This document shows, in pieces, positions 37,101-48,204 of a DNA stretch of 64,000 nt; position 1 is the first letter of the stretch, and each line of letters starts with the position of its first letter. The DNA is from a virus (lineage: Duplodnaviria > Heunggongvirae > Uroviricota > Caudoviricetes), in IMG/VR virus record IMGVR_UViG_3300034082_003579. The stretch is one strand, 5' to 3'. The notes below the pieces were generated by a model that saw only the letters and a program-made list of their open reading frames with translations, had not been told where the DNA came from and searched no databases. The position numbers and the translations under genes are program-made.

Positions 37101-40100
37101 CCATACGTACTCATTACGAAAGCATTGGTCAAAATTTACGCAACATTCAAGGCCCAATTATTGGTGCCAACAACAGCCGAGACCTAGGTAACATTTTGCG
37201 TTACGGCGACATCATTGTACAACACAGTTCACCATTGGCACTGACTGGTGTGTTTTTGCGAAGAGAACAATTTGAATTGTTCTCAGCACTGGAATTCAAC
37301 AGCAGAGAATATATCAAATTTAAGGCGTTGTTGTTGGATCTGGCTGTTAAAGGCAATTTTGAAAACTTGACCGCCAGTGAGATTTTAGATATTGTACTGC
37401 AGGAAATTGCACTGAGCAAGAGTGAGATTTCTCCGTTCTACTGGTCTGACATGATACCAGCAGGTGAAACTTACACAGAGAAATCGGAAACATACTCGTT
37501 TATCAGCACACCCACATTTGATACTTTTCAAACTTACAATTTTGATTCTGCAAATTTCAAAGGGTTATTGATCTTCCTCAACGGTGAATTGCTGATCAAC
37601 GGTTATGATTACACAGTTTCTGCAGACTCGCCCACAGTAACTATTACTGCACCGTTGACAATCGGGGATGTTATAAAGATTCGTGAATATCCCACTACCT
37701 ACGGTAGTTTTGTACCAAACACTCCCACAAAGTTGGGTTTGTATCCGGCCTTTAAACCAGAGATATACATCGACAACAGTTATACCAGTGCTCGCGTTGT
37801 AATACGCGGACACGACGGATCAATCACCTTGGCATTCCGTGATGTGCGTGATCAGGTGTTATTGGAATTTGAAAAGAGAATTTTTGATAACCTCAAAATT
37901 GGCACTGCTATTCCGTTGAGTACAGCAGATGTTGTGCCTGGACAATTTCGTACCACCGACTACACTCAAACTGAAATCAACGACATGCTGAGTGTGGATT
38001 TTCTCAGCTGGGTAGGGTGGAACAAGCTGGATTATACAACACAAGAATATCAAGCATCCGACGAGTTTACTTACAATTACAGTCAAAGTGCAGACGTATT
38101 GACCAATCGGCCGTCCGTCGGGGCCTGGAGAGGAATTTACAACTATTTCTATGATACCTATACTCCCAATACTACTCCTTGGGAGATGCTAGGACTTAGC
38201 AAAAAACCTGACTGGTGGGAAAATCAGTACGGTCCTGCACCCTACACATCAGGTAACACAGTTCTTTGGGATGATTTGGCAGCCGGTCTAATTCGCGATC
38301 CCAATGGTTCCTACGTTGATCCTTTGTATATTCGACCTGAACTGCTGAGTGTGATACCGGCCGGGTCTGAAGGAGAATTATTAAATCCTTTAGAGTGTAC
38401 CGTTGGTAACTTTGATGCTACCAGCTTTAGACGCAGCTGGAAATTTGGCGACAACGGACCAGTTGAAAACACCTGGCGTACTTCAAGCTCGTGGCCATTT
38501 TCTGCCATGCGACTGTTGGCATTGACCAAACCTGCACAGTTCTTCAGTGTGTTTGCTGATAGAGACCGTTATGTATTTGATGCAGACCTGGATCAGTATC
38601 TTTGGGACGGGCGTTATCGCCTGGACGCCAAGGATCTTACTCCCTTGTACGGCAATGGTGTCAGCAAGGCCAGTTACCTGAATTGGATAATTGACTATAA
38701 CCGTCAATTGGGTATCAACAGCACAGACAATCTGACCTTGTCCTTGAACAACATTGACGTGCGTCTGTGCTGGAGAACAGCAGCATTCACAGATAAAAAA
38801 TATCTCAAGGTCTACACAGAAAGATCCACACCCGACAGCCTTAATACTAGTTTGATTCTGCCTGACGAAAGTTATCAACTGATGTTGTATAAAAATCAGC
38901 CGTTCGGACAGATCATATACAGCTCGGTTATTGTTCAGCGTGTCGCAGACGGCTATGCAGTTTTGGGATATAGTTCCCAGGATCCTTATTTTGAAATATT
39001 GATTTCAAGACCCAGTAGCAACACTGTCACGATTGCAGCCGGCAATACTTCGATAAAAGTATCACAGGATTATACCAATAATACAGCTCAAGTACCTTAC
39101 GGATTTGTGTTTACCAACGAATCTGGTGTGTGCGATTTTCTACTCAGTTACGGAAAATTGCTAGAAGATCAGGGATTGGTATTTGAAAACCGAGAAAACG
39201 GCTACACACTCAACTGGACTCAGATGGCACAAGAATTCTTGTACTGGACTCAGCAAGGGTGGGCAACCGGTTCTATTATCAACTTAAACCCAGCTGCAAC
39301 CAGCATATCTGTTGTGCGTGCAAATGCAATTGTTGACAGCATCAATACATATACTCCTGAAAACATAATTCTCAATCAAAATCGTCAGCCGTTGCCGACT
39401 TCTGAGTTGGTGATTGATCGATTAGATAACTTGTTCAAGGTGTCTACTCTAACATCCAACACCATCAATTATCTGCAGCTAAAGTTTACTGCCTACGAGC
39501 ATTTGTTGGTGCTGGACAATCGCAGTATTTTTTCTGATCTCTTGTACAATCCGGTCACTGGTGTGCGACAGAGTCGAGTTCTTATCTCAGGATGGCTCAG
39601 TGGCAACTGGAATGGCCAACTAAACGCTCCTGGATTTATTTTAAACCAAGACAACATTGTTGAATGGGTACCTAATCGCAAATACGCCAAGGGCGAAATT
39701 GTTCTGTTTAAAAATGAGTACTGGAGTGCCAGTAACATCATTCAACCCAGCACAGAGTTTAACTATTCGTTGTGGATCAAGAGCGATTACGATCAAATAC
39801 AAAAAGGTCTGCTGCCCAACGCATCCAACCAGTCTTTGCAATTGTCAACAGCTTACAGTACATACGATGCAAACTTAGAACAAGAAGTAGACTTGTTCAG
39901 CTATGGACTGATTGGATTCCGTCCGAGAGAATACATGCAAGCACTTAATCTGGATGATGTAAGCCAGGTCAACTTGTACCAACAGTTTCTAAACACCAAG
40001 GGTACATTACGCAGTGCAGAAATATTTAATTTGGCAGATCTAGGAAAGGAAGCAGCCGAGTATCAGATCTATGAATTCTGGGCAATCTTACGCAGCACAT

Positions 40101-43100
40101 ACGGAGCCACAGCAAATAGAAGTTATTTTGAATTGTTGTTGAATCAGGCTTTATTGCCCAGTGATCCCAGCTTAATTCAAGTTGTGCTGCCGGGTGAAAC
40201 TAGCAAAGCCGATCAAACAGTACTGTTACAAGATGTATGGAAGTCCAGCACAAACTTGACATCGCCGAACATTTTGCCTACCACGATTATCAATCCAACT
40301 GACATTGGTTTACCTACTGCTGGATATGCAAATTTAGATGATGTGGATCTCACTGCATTTGATTTAGATGCTGTGGTTGCACTCGACGGTGCGCTAGATG
40401 AAATTGGAGTAGGCACCACAATCTGGGTGGCCAGCGTCAATCAGTACGACTGGCATGTTTATCGTGCAGAACTTGTGCCCGGCACAATTACTCGTGTGTC
40501 CGACAATCTCGAAGGACAAAGTCTAGTGCAGTTCAACAAAGCACACGGACTTGCGATCAATGATATTTTGGTAATCAAGTTTTTCGATGACAGTATCAAC
40601 GGCATTTACCGTGTTCGTGCAGTACCCGGCATCACTACCTTGTTGATTGATTATGTGTTTGACGGATTGCAAAGTTCAATAACCGGCGAAGGTGTTGGAT
40701 TTACTCTGCAACCTGCTCGTGTTGCTCAAGCAGCTGATATTGCTGATCTGCCTTATGCTCGACAACTTACTCCGGGCATCAAGGTCTGGGTTGACAACAA
40801 TGGCGCTGATCATTGGACTGTGTTAGAAAAAATAGATCCGTTTACTCAACCGTCTGTTGTTACACCTACAATTCCGTTAGAAAATTCCTTGTATGGTGCC
40901 AGCTTGGCACAAGGATTTAGAAATCTCAGCGCCTTGGTTGGTGCTCCAGGCTACAATCCTGCCAGTGCAGCAACTGTTCCAGGAGCAGTCTACACTTATG
41001 TAAAAACCGATGCAGATGTTTATGCGCAAAATTCTGTATTGGAATTGGGAACAACCGGCACCAGTGGATATGGCAATGCCATGGACATGGGAGACCAGCA
41101 ATGGGCAGTGGTAGGTGCCAGTGCCAGTAATACCAATCGCGGATATGCAGTTGTTGTTTATCGAGATCCAGGTTCAGCAGTGTTTCAGCAATGGCAGTTG
41201 TTATCGATTGATCCCGGATCTGCTGTAACTGCTGCTGATGAGTTTGGTTACAGTGTGACTATAAGTCAAGACGAACGCTGGGTATATGTTGGTGCACCAG
41301 GCGGCAACATTGTTTATGTGTACGGTCGTGTAGATTATCAAAATCAATTTGTCGTATACCGTGTCACTGTGACTCAAAATTTCTTCAACTACAGCAATCA
41401 CATTGTGATTGACTTGGATGATCAATTGGTAGTGTCCGATGGCAGCACAATATTGACCCTGGGAATAGATTATATAGTTGCTGGCGGCAACGTGGTTTTT
41501 TCAATACCACCAGATGCAGATTCTCTTATCACTATTACTCGCCGTGCAACTCAATCGTTCACTGGCGATGCGTCGACTACAGTATTTGATCTGAGTTCGA
41601 TTTATACGGCTGTTAATTCATACAGCGCCAGTGTGTACATTGATGATGTGCTACAAAGACCCGTTACAGATTACACTGTCTCGGCCCTGCGAGCATTGAC
41701 ATTTGTTACAGCACCTGCGGCCGGCACGACTATTAATGTAAGAGCTCAAACCTATTTTACACCTGTTACGTCGTTGACTGTGCCGGGAGTATCAAGCACA
41801 GAAAGATTTGGTCACAGTGTCAGCACCACTACCGACGGCCGCCAGGTTATAGTAGGATGCCCAGACATTTCTTACACAGATCCTGTGACCAGTCAAGTTG
41901 TTCAACAGGCCGGCGCAACCTATGTGTTTGACCGATCTATACAGAATTTCCAGATCACCGACAGCACAACGGTAGATTATACCACAGTACAAAATTTGGT
42001 TACACCTACATCAGTTATATTAAATGGTGTGTTCTTACTAAACCAACAAAACAACATTGGCGGAACATATTCTGTTGCAGCCAACACAGTCACAGTTGAT
42101 ACTGATATTGCAGTAGGTGATGTGCTGACTATTGAATCGAATCAGTTTAGTTTGATTCAAACAATCTACTCAGTTGCACCAGATTCGGCCAGCAAATTTG
42201 GCTACAAGTTGGATCAGTGTATCAATGATTGCAGTTTGTATGTTTCTGCACCATTTGCTGACTCAGACTATGTGCAGTCTGGACAGGTTGAATTCAATCA
42301 AAACCAAGCACGAGTTTACGGCATTATAACCAGCAACATAGCCAACCCCACCCTGACCACAGGCAATACCATTAGAATCAACAATTATTTTGTTGAGTTG
42401 ACAGGAACCACTGTGGCTGATTTGGCAGCAGACATCAACGCTGCTGGCGTGCCAAATGCACAAGCATCTGTTACAGCTGACGTTACCTTGCTAGGAGATG
42501 GAACTACTAGAGTATTTGATGTTGGCACAATTTGGTCTGCTGCTGTATCTTACACAAGTCGAGTATTAATCAACGATGTAGTTCAAACTGACGGAGTCAA
42601 CTACACTTACAACAATACCACACAGCAGATAACATTTAGTGTGGCACCACTTGTGTCTGACCGCATAGTACTTGTAAGTGGAAGATTGATCTTATCGGCT
42701 AAGAATTTTCAGTCTGCAGCAGTATTGAACAAACTGCAAGTGTTACCCGGAACAGGTACATTGTTTGCAAATCTGGGCTGGACAATTTACGTTAACTTGC
42801 AAGTTATTACAGCACCAATACAGCAAAACTTTGCTAATTTCGGCAGCGGATTATTCATTAGCGACAACACAACTGCGCTGCTGATCGGCGCACCCAATGG
42901 ATCAGCTATTACGCAGGTGACGTTTGACGCCGGTACCACCACATTTGATTCTTTCAGCACACTGTTTGGTGATACTGTTATACAAAGTGGCGTGGTATAT
43001 TCATACGATTTCCTTCCTGCTGCCAGCCCAACAGTGACCAATCCAGGGCAGTTTGTTTTTGGACAACAGATTTTTGACACAAGCATAACTTCAGTAGATC

Positions 43101-46100
43101 AATTTGGAACAGCCATTGATTATACCACAGGTACACTGCTGATTGGATCACCTGGCAGTGACTTGGGTGACAGTCAATCCAATTACGGACAGGTTGTTTT
43201 GTTGAAAAATCCTGAACAGCAACCAGCATGGAAAGTCATTCGAGCACAACAACCAGTGGTAGATGTTTCTTTGCTGAACACAGTGTTCATGTATGATCGT
43301 GTCAGTGGTAGTCAAAAACAATACTTTGATTATTTTAACCCCTTGCAAGGTCGATTGTTAGGAGCTGTGGCTCAAAACATCGATTACATCGGTGCAATCA
43401 ATCCAGCTGCTTACAACGTGGGCGAAGTAAACAATTATGGCAACAGTTGGAGACAAGAACGAGTTGGACAAATTTGGTGGGATACCTCCAACGTAAGATT
43501 TATCGACACCAACCAAGACGATATTGTGTATGCCAGCCGCAGATGGGGGCAAGTGTTCCCGGGCAGCATAATTCAAGTCTACCAATGGATTGCCAGCAGT
43601 GTCTCGCCTGCAGACTATGCCGGCCCAGGCCTGCCTCTCAATACCACCAGTTATGTGACATCTACTTCGCTGAATGAGCAAGGAGTTTTTGGAACACAAT
43701 ATTATTTCTGGGTAACAGGAATTAGCACTGTTGATCGTGCAGCCAAGAAAACTTTGAGCATTGAAACGATTTCTCAGTACATTTTTAGTCCTCGCAGCAG
43801 TGGAATCAGCTATATTGCACCAATTGATGCAAGCACCATTGCGATATACAACGGACTGCCGTATATTTCTGCACAAGATACTATCTTGCATGTCGAATAT
43901 GATCAACAATATAACGATGCTGCAGTACACGTAGAATATCAATTGATTCCTGAAGGACGTGCTGATGGATTCTTAACTGACAGCTTGTATTTGAAGTTGC
44001 AAGACAGTTTTTGTGGAGTTGACACAGCCGGCAACCCAGTTCCGGATCCATTCCTAAGTCCCAGCGAACAGTACGGCTTAGAGGCTCGACCACGACAGTC
44101 CATGTTTGTTAATCGTCTGATGGCGCTTAAAAATTACCTGGTGCGTGCCAACACAGTTCTCAAGCATTTTCCTATATCAGAGACACGTCGATTTAACTTG
44201 TTAAACAGTGCCGAACCAGAACCGTCGGTATTCAGCGGTGAGTGGAACTTGAGACTGGCCAACTATGAAGAATTAACCTATCAAAATCTAGCAGAAGTGG
44301 CACTTGGATACAAATATCTTGTGGCCAGTGACAGTAATTATCGAGGTCTCTGGGCCATATACGAAGTTGTGCCTGGCCCGTTGTTTGGATCAAAGGCCTT
44401 GACTTTGATTAGAGTACAAAATTACGACACCAAACAATTTTGGAATTATATTGATTGGTACTTACCTGGCTACAATCCCGCCACTAGAATCTTAGTTGAA
44501 GTGCCTACAGTCTCGGCACTGGATGCTATTACAGTTCCTGCAGGCAGCAGCGTAAAAGTCACTGCCAATGCACAAGGTAAATTTGAAATTTATCAATACA
44601 ACAACACTTGGACTCGAGTAGGCCTCGAAGACGGTACAATTGAGTTCCAGAAGCGTCTATGGGATTACACAGTAGATACTGGTCGTTATGGATTTGATGT
44701 TGAAGTATTTGATGCACAGTTTTTTGATCAAGAACCAATTATTGAGACTCGCAAGATTATTCAAGCAATCAATCAAGAGTTGTTTGTTGAAGACCTGCTG
44801 ATTGAAAGAAATCGCTCGCTGACACTGATGTTCAATTATGTACTCAGCGAACAAATTGCTCCGTTATGGTTGACCAAGACCAGCTTGATCGATGTTGATC
44901 ATACCATTCGTGATCTCGTGCCTTTCCAGATCTATCGCAGAGACAATCAAGACTTTGTGCTAGACTACATCAAAGAAGTCAAACCTTACCACGTACAGAT
45001 CCGCGAATTTAACTTGATCTACAAAGGATTTGACCAGTATCTGGGCACAATAAACGATTTTGACTTGCCGGCATTCTGGGATGCTGCCCAAGACTTGTTT
45101 ATTAGTCCAATACTGGACGACTCGAGCAACGTCAGTACTACCAGCAGCTTTGCCAGCACAGATCCGATATGGACCACATTCCCCTACAATCAATGGTATG
45201 AAAATTATCTATTGACCTTGGAATCTGTAACCATTGTTGATGCCGGAGAAGGATACACGGTAGCACCAGAAGTGGTAGTAACCGGGCAAGCTACTCGTGA
45301 AGCACAGATGATTGCCAAAATTAATAGTCTAGGTGTAATAGTTAGTATTGAAGTAACTGACCCAGGCTTGGGATATTTGACCACTGCTATTATTGAATTA
45401 ATTGGCGGCTTGCCCGAAGCACAGGCCTGGGTGGCATTGCGTCCTGCACTGGCAGGCTCAGTTATACAAACTCCGGCAGGTTTGGTATACAGAGTTGTCA
45501 CCAGCGGAGTACTAACAGCAGTTCCCCCAACCAGTACCACTAACCCAGTTGTCAGCGGCACAGCCGTGCTGACTTACCTTGGACGCAGAGCTCGTGCTGT
45601 TGCAGTCATGGGCAATGGCCTGACAAGAAGTATCACAACAACCATCAAGTACGATCGATATCAATATCAAACCACCATTGTTGACTGGCAGCCCGAAGTT
45701 AGTTACGATAATGGAACCTTGGTGCGATACGACGATCGAGTGTGGAGTGCAGATTCTGCCGACAGCACTGCTGTGGAAACCAGTACCTTTGATCCTGATC
45801 AATGGACACTAGTACCAGCTGGCGATCTAAGTGGTGTTAATCGTACAATGGGCTATTATGTTCCTACTCCGTCGGAACCGGGTCTGGATCTTGCATTGCT
45901 GATATCAGGCGTTGATTATCCAGGAGTGCAAGTCAAAGCACCGGGCTTCAATCAAAACACCGGATTTGATGTTGGTAATTATGATATAAATCCCTACGAC
46001 AACTTGGCATTTGGTCCCGAAGGAGCACCAACTTATGATCCGGCAATCTTAGATGCCATCTACGCCAGCGAATTTACTGATCCTTATTTGGGAATTGGGC

Positions 46101-48187
46101 CCACTGCTATCAATGTAGCAGGAGGTGCATTTGTAGACACTTACTCAAGCCATGCTCCTGAAGAACTTGTACCAGGCGCAGTGTTTGACACACTAGACAT
46201 GCGTGTATTCTCTACAGTGGGTTCGGACTGGGCTGGTGATGGACACGGATTTCCGTTGGAAACAACCAAGTACTTTTACGATGTTGATATTACTGAATAC
46301 AGTTTCGCAGATCTACTGAACGACCCAGTACAATTGCGTGTCTGGAATCAGACAATTGGCACACAGTTAATACCATTGGTCAATTATGTCGTAGACTGGG
46401 TTAATCAAACAGTTGAAATCATCTCGGGTGTTGCTGAAACCGATGTCATTGTGCTGACAGTGTACGGACTGGGTGGCGGCAATCAGTTGTACAGCAACTC
46501 CTACAACGGTCTTGATGTTAATACGGGTATTATTTTACCTGTGCCGTTTAACCTCATCAACCAGGTAGTGGTATTTGTAAACGGAACAGTGATAACCAAC
46601 TACACATACAGTTATGCTAGCCCAGGATTTACCAGAGTTGTGTTTGCATCTGCCTACACTGCCGAAGACTATGTCTTTATTTCAGCAATGGGTGCAACTG
46701 ATACCACACCGGTGCTGAGCTGGAGTACGCCACAGACAGAATACTTTGTCTACACTGGATCATTGAGCTTCCCGCTGTCTCAGACATTGACCGGTACAAA
46801 TCCTGCCAACGTTGTAGTTGAAAAGAATGGTGTAAGAGCAAGACCTAGCGAAGGAGTTGAATACATTGACGATGGCTCAAGTCTCGAATATTATCTGCCA
46901 ACACGCGGAGGATATAGCCAGGCCTTGATTTCTGACAATGATGTAACTGTTTATGTTGATAACACAGCGTTGGTACTGGGGACAGAATTTTTTGTGTCAC
47001 CCTGGGACGGAAGCAGCCGCAGAACTGTTATTCTTACTGATGCACCTCCTCTGGGATCTAGAATTTTAATATCTGTGCGCACAGAAGCACAGTACTATAT
47101 TTCATCCAGCAATACACTGATATGGAATAGCACTGGATCCTTGGTGCCTAGTATTGGAGATGTTATTTCGATCACCAGCTGGAATGATACCAGCCAGCAG
47201 AATCTATTAACTCAAGTTTTTGTTGGTCCCACAACCGAAGGTGTCTTAGTTGCTCAGCCCTACGATGATACGCCGTATGATTCTGGATTAGTAACCAACG
47301 AACCTGGATCATATGATTACAGTGCAGGGTCGCAGATACAGACTAATAGGTTTGATACTGGTCGAATAATAACTAATCCTTCAAGATTACAAGTGACACT
47401 GAATGGATTGTTCTTGTTCGAAGGATCCGGATTCACAGTCGATGGATCGATTGTAGAACTATTGGGAGCTCCGATAAGCGCAGCACAAGTTGTTGCCATT
47501 ACCAGTGTAACCGAAAGTGTTATTCCGGGCGCAATTGCATTCCGCATCTTTCAAGACATGCGCGGGCTGCAATCGTTGTATAGAATAACCGAAAATACAA
47601 CCACAACCTTGGTTCAGCCATTGTCTGCAGATGACACTGTAATCTATGTCGACGATGCCAGCAGTTTATCAGTGCCTAATTTGCCGCAGGGTATTTTTGG
47701 ACTTATCACCATCAACGGAGAGCGTATTGCTTATCGGGCACGTGATGTAGTAACCAATACCATAAGCGGATTACGTAGAGGCACAGCCGGTACTGGCGCT
47801 GCAAACCATGCAGTCAACACACCAGTTTATGACATTGGCCGTGGCAACTTGTTGCCACCAGAATATCAAAATTATGTAACAGCAGAAAGTTTCTTAGCCA
47901 CTGGTACACAAACAGTGTTTGCTACTGAAAACATCAATGTCATTGGTGTAGATTCTACCGAAATTGACGATGCAATTGAAGTGTATGTAGGCGGCCTACG
48001 ACAGACCGGCGGATACACCATTGTTGATGCTGAGCCAGTTGTCGTACAATTTACTGTAGCTCCTACTGCCAATTATCAAGTGACTATTTTGGTACGCAGA
48101 GGAACAGACATATATGCTGCCCAGGGCGACGGTATTGCTCTGCAAGAACAGCAAACTCTGGCAGCAAGGTTTATTCGTGGTGAGTGA
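34112..48187 (+). CDS. Giant (4691 aa) baseplate/virion structural protein, gp7-like position, with beta-propeller and repeated beta-sandwich modules
   Basis: Uninterrupted 14 kb ORF starting RTVDLLPEIFRT; about seven FG-GAP-like repeats (FG.SV.....D....VGAP); G.G.T..F repeats; YDxxxYD motifs. Confidence 0.75.
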   Translation: MAIPRTVDLLPEIFRTDTNRKFLNATLDQLTQEPNLKRTQGYVGRRVGPGVNPADNYVTEPSAVRTDYQLEPGVVFLKPDTSQPIDAITYPGILDALDLQGANTTRADRLFDSQYYAWDSFCDLDKFSNYSQYYWLAGGPDSVDIFGTAVALTDVWEITREANGYIFSDIDGENPDITLVRGGNYEFTVNQPGAGFWIQAAPGISGTMPFAPNISSRGVLGVDNNGTQQGTVRFNVPLKTAQDFYYSLPSIEDVDLVTTLKFNQINNVYVSEFLAQYPDGIDDITDLDGRTLVFLNTTANAESGGWQITTQFDPLPRTDIDNGLPGSYDTLTYDQTTDLPVSERYSVWQIQYIDDIDGNPFIRLNSILPVANLSKFAVLFGTEYASTQWYKNASGVFEEIPLLTAVLDTLWYQDSVNPELFGRIKLVDLDQEQFINIDEIIGAKNYTSPNGVVFTNGLKVQFRGLIEPAQFQNLEYYVEGVGTGPGIDARVGFIDGEAYFGPFHIYQSRKMTGPVHKEDEFQQYIYDTVEESVLATGSGGPAGAPLPTTGVFGAMIGNGIKLIPVTDFITPETYTISESVPYDSTSYDSSPYDSNLNEPQIPDYITINRASADRNAWSRSNRWFHIDVLAATAEYNNQILNVNNSLRAKRPVIEFRANINLFNFGTQGKSPVNIVDLENTDAFSNINGTAGYSTDGYTFINGSRVIFAADADPNVRNQIYEVRFIDPDNSGNLIIDLVPAFNGIALVNQTVVCLSGIQQQGKSFWFDGVSWLPAQEKTGINQPPLFDVIDSNGFSFSNQAVYPSSTFAGSKLFGYAQGTTQIQDIVLGFPLRYLNINNVGDIVFENYLYTEKFIYVEDRVSREQNVSTGFVRQYIDRVLFSDLIGWQSSQSRNISRQIFKFEYAELPLTLDIPVDVDAIFAPLQIFAEGKFIEPDTYVYEIVNSTTVITLLEPLPIGTVIEVQAISSVASSVGYYQVPLNLENNPLNENSNVFTLGTIRTHYESIGQNLRNIQGPIIGANNSRDLGNILRYGDIIVQHSSPLALTGVFLRREQFELFSALEFNSREYIKFKALLLDLAVKGNFENLTASEILDIVLQEIALSKSEISPFYWSDMIPAGETYTEKSETYSFISTPTFDTFQTYNFDSANFKGLLIFLNGELLINGYDYTVSADSPTVTITAPLTIGDVIKIREYPTTYGSFVPNTPTKLGLYPAFKPEIYIDNSYTSARVVIRGHDGSITLAFRDVRDQVLLEFEKRIFDNLKIGTAIPLSTADVVPGQFRTTDYTQTEINDMLSVDFLSWVGWNKLDYTTQEYQASDEFTYNYSQSADVLTNRPSVGAWRGIYNYFYDTYTPNTTPWEMLGLSKKPDWWENQYGPAPYTSGNTVLWDDLAAGLIRDPNGSYVDPLYIRPELLSVIPAGSEGELLNPLECTVGNFDATSFRRSWKFGDNGPVENTWRTSSSWPFSAMRLLALTKPAQFFSVFADRDRYVFDADLDQYLWDGRYRLDAKDLTPLYGNGVSKASYLNWIIDYNRQLGINSTDNLTLSLNNIDVRLCWRTAAFTDKKYLKVYTERSTPDSLNTSLILPDESYQLMLYKNQPFGQIIYSSVIVQRVADGYAVLGYSSQDPYFEILISRPSSNTVTIAAGNTSIKVSQDYTNNTAQVPYGFVFTNESGVCDFLLSYGKLLEDQGLVFENRENGYTLNWTQMAQEFLYWTQQGWATGSIINLNPAATSISVVRANAIVDSINTYTPENIILNQNRQPLPTSELVIDRLDNLFKVSTLTSNTINYLQLKFTAYEHLLVLDNRSIFSDLLYNPVTGVRQSRVLISGWLSGNWNGQLNAPGFILNQDNIVEWVPNRKYAKGEIVLFKNEYWSASNIIQPSTEFNYSLWIKSDYDQIQKGLLPNASNQSLQLSTAYSTYDANLEQEVDLFSYGLIGFRPREYMQALNLDDVSQVNLYQQFLNTKGTLRSAEIFNLADLGKEAAEYQIYEFWAILRSTYGATANRSYFELLLNQALLPSDPSLIQVVLPGETSKADQTVLLQDVWKSSTNLTSPNILPTTIINPTDIGLPTAGYANLDDVDLTAFDLDAVVALDGALDEIGVGTTIWVASVNQYDWHVYRAELVPGTITRVSDNLEGQSLVQFNKAHGLAINDILVIKFFDDSINGIYRVRAVPGITTLLIDYVFDGLQSSITGEGVGFTLQPARVAQAADIADLPYARQLTPGIKVWVDNNGADHWTVLEKIDPFTQPSVVTPTIPLENSLYGASLAQGFRNLSALVGAPGYNPASAATVPGAVYTYVKTDADVYAQNSVLELGTTGTSGYGNAMDMGDQQWAVVGASASNTNRGYAVVVYRDPGSAVFQQWQLLSIDPGSAVTAADEFGYSVTISQDERWVYVGAPGGNIVYVYGRVDYQNQFVVYRVTVTQNFFNYSNHIVIDLDDQLVVSDGSTILTLGIDYIVAGGNVVFSIPPDADSLITITRRATQSFTGDASTTVFDLSSIYTAVNSYSASVYIDDVLQRPVTDYTVSALRALTFVTAPAAGTTINVRAQTYFTPVTSLTVPGVSSTERFGHSVSTTTDGRQVIVGCPDISYTDPVTSQVVQQAGATYVFDRSIQNFQITDSTTVDYTTVQNLVTPTSVILNGVFLLNQQNNIGGTYSVAANTVTVDTDIAVGDVLTIESNQFSLIQTIYSVAPDSASKFGYKLDQCINDCSLYVSAPFADSDYVQSGQVEFNQNQARVYGIITSNIANPTLTTGNTIRINNYFVELTGTTVADLAADINAAGVPNAQASVTADVTLLGDGTTRVFDVGTIWSAAVSYTSRVLINDVVQTDGVNYTYNNTTQQITFSVAPLVSDRIVLVSGRLILSAKNFQSAAVLNKLQVLPGTGTLFANLGWTIYVNLQVITAPIQQNFANFGSGLFISDNTTALLIGAPNGSAITQVTFDAGTTTFDSFSTLFGDTVIQSGVVYSYDFLPAASPTVTNPGQFVFGQQIFDTSITSVDQFGTAIDYTTGTLLIGSPGSDLGDSQSNYGQVVLLKNPEQQPAWKVIRAQQPVVDVSLLNTVFMYDRVSGSQKQYFDYFNPLQGRLLGAVAQNIDYIGAINPAAYNVGEVNNYGNSWRQERVGQIWWDTSNVRFIDTNQDDIVYASRRWGQVFPGSIIQVYQWIASSVSPADYAGPGLPLNTTSYVTSTSLNEQGVFGTQYYFWVTGISTVDRAAKKTLSIETISQYIFSPRSSGISYIAPIDASTIAIYNGLPYISAQDTILHVEYDQQYNDAAVHVEYQLIPEGRADGFLTDSLYLKLQDSFCGVDTAGNPVPDPFLSPSEQYGLEARPRQSMFVNRLMALKNYLVRANTVLKHFPISETRRFNLLNSAEPEPSVFSGEWNLRLANYEELTYQNLAEVALGYKYLVASDSNYRGLWAIYEVVPGPLFGSKALTLIRVQNYDTKQFWNYIDWYLPGYNPATRILVEVPTVSALDAITVPAGSSVKVTANAQGKFEIYQYNNTWTRVGLEDGTIEFQKRLWDYTVDTGRYGFDVEVFDAQFFDQEPIIETRKIIQAINQELFVEDLLIERNRSLTLMFNYVLSEQIAPLWLTKTSLIDVDHTIRDLVPFQIYRRDNQDFVLDYIKEVKPYHVQIREFNLIYKGFDQYLGTINDFDLPAFWDAAQDLFISPILDDSSNVSTTSSFASTDPIWTTFPYNQWYENYLLTLESVTIVDAGEGYTVAPEVVVTGQATREAQMIAKINSLGVIVSIEVTDPGLGYLTTAIIELIGGLPEAQAWVALRPALAGSVIQTPAGLVYRVVTSGVLTAVPPTSTTNPVVSGTAVLTYLGRRARAVAVMGNGLTRSITTTIKYDRYQYQTTIVDWQPEVSYDNGTLVRYDDRVWSADSADSTAVETSTFDPDQWTLVPAGDLSGVNRTMGYYVPTPSEPGLDLALLISGVDYPGVQVKAPGFNQNTGFDVGNYDINPYDNLAFGPEGAPTYDPAILDAIYASEFTDPYLGIGPTAINVAGGAFVDTYSSHAPEELVPGAVFDTLDMRVFSTVGSDWAGDGHGFPLETTKYFYDVDITEYSFADLLNDPVQLRVWNQTIGTQLIPLVNYVVDWVNQTVEIISGVAETDVIVLTVYGLGGGNQLYSNSYNGLDVNTGIILPVPFNLINQVVVFVNGTVITNYTYSYASPGFTRVVFASAYTAEDYVFISAMGATDTTPVLSWSTPQTEYFVYTGSLSFPLSQTLTGTNPANVVVEKNGVRARPSEGVEYIDDGSSLEYYLPTRGGYSQALISDNDVTVYVDNTALVLGTEFFVSPWDGSSRRTVILTDAPPLGSRILISVRTEAQYYISSSNTLIWNSTGSLVPSIGDVISITSWNDTSQQNLLTQVFVGPTTEGVLVAQPYDDTPYDSGLVTNEPGSYDYSAGSQIQTNRFDTGRIITNPSRLQVTLNGLFLFEGSGFTVDGSIVELLGAPISAAQVVAITSVTESVIPGAIAFRIFQDMRGLQSLYRITENTTTTLVQPLSADDTVIYVDDASSLSVPNLPQGIFGLITINGERIAYRARDVVTNTISGLRRGTAGTGAANHAVNTPVYDIGRGNLLPPEYQNYVTAESFLATGTQTVFATENINVIGVDSTEIDDAIEVYVGGLRQTGGYTIVDAEPVVVQFTVAPTANYQVTILVRRGTDIYAAQGDGIALQEQQTLAARFIRGE

Positions 48188-48191
48188 TGCG

Positions 48192-48199
48192 TATAAATA
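48192..48199 (+). promoter_or_regulatory. Perfect T4 late promoter TATAAATA
   Basis: Exact consensus, followed by 5 nt and then the ATG at 48205. Confidence 0.8.
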
Positions 48200-48204
48200 A
48201 CACT

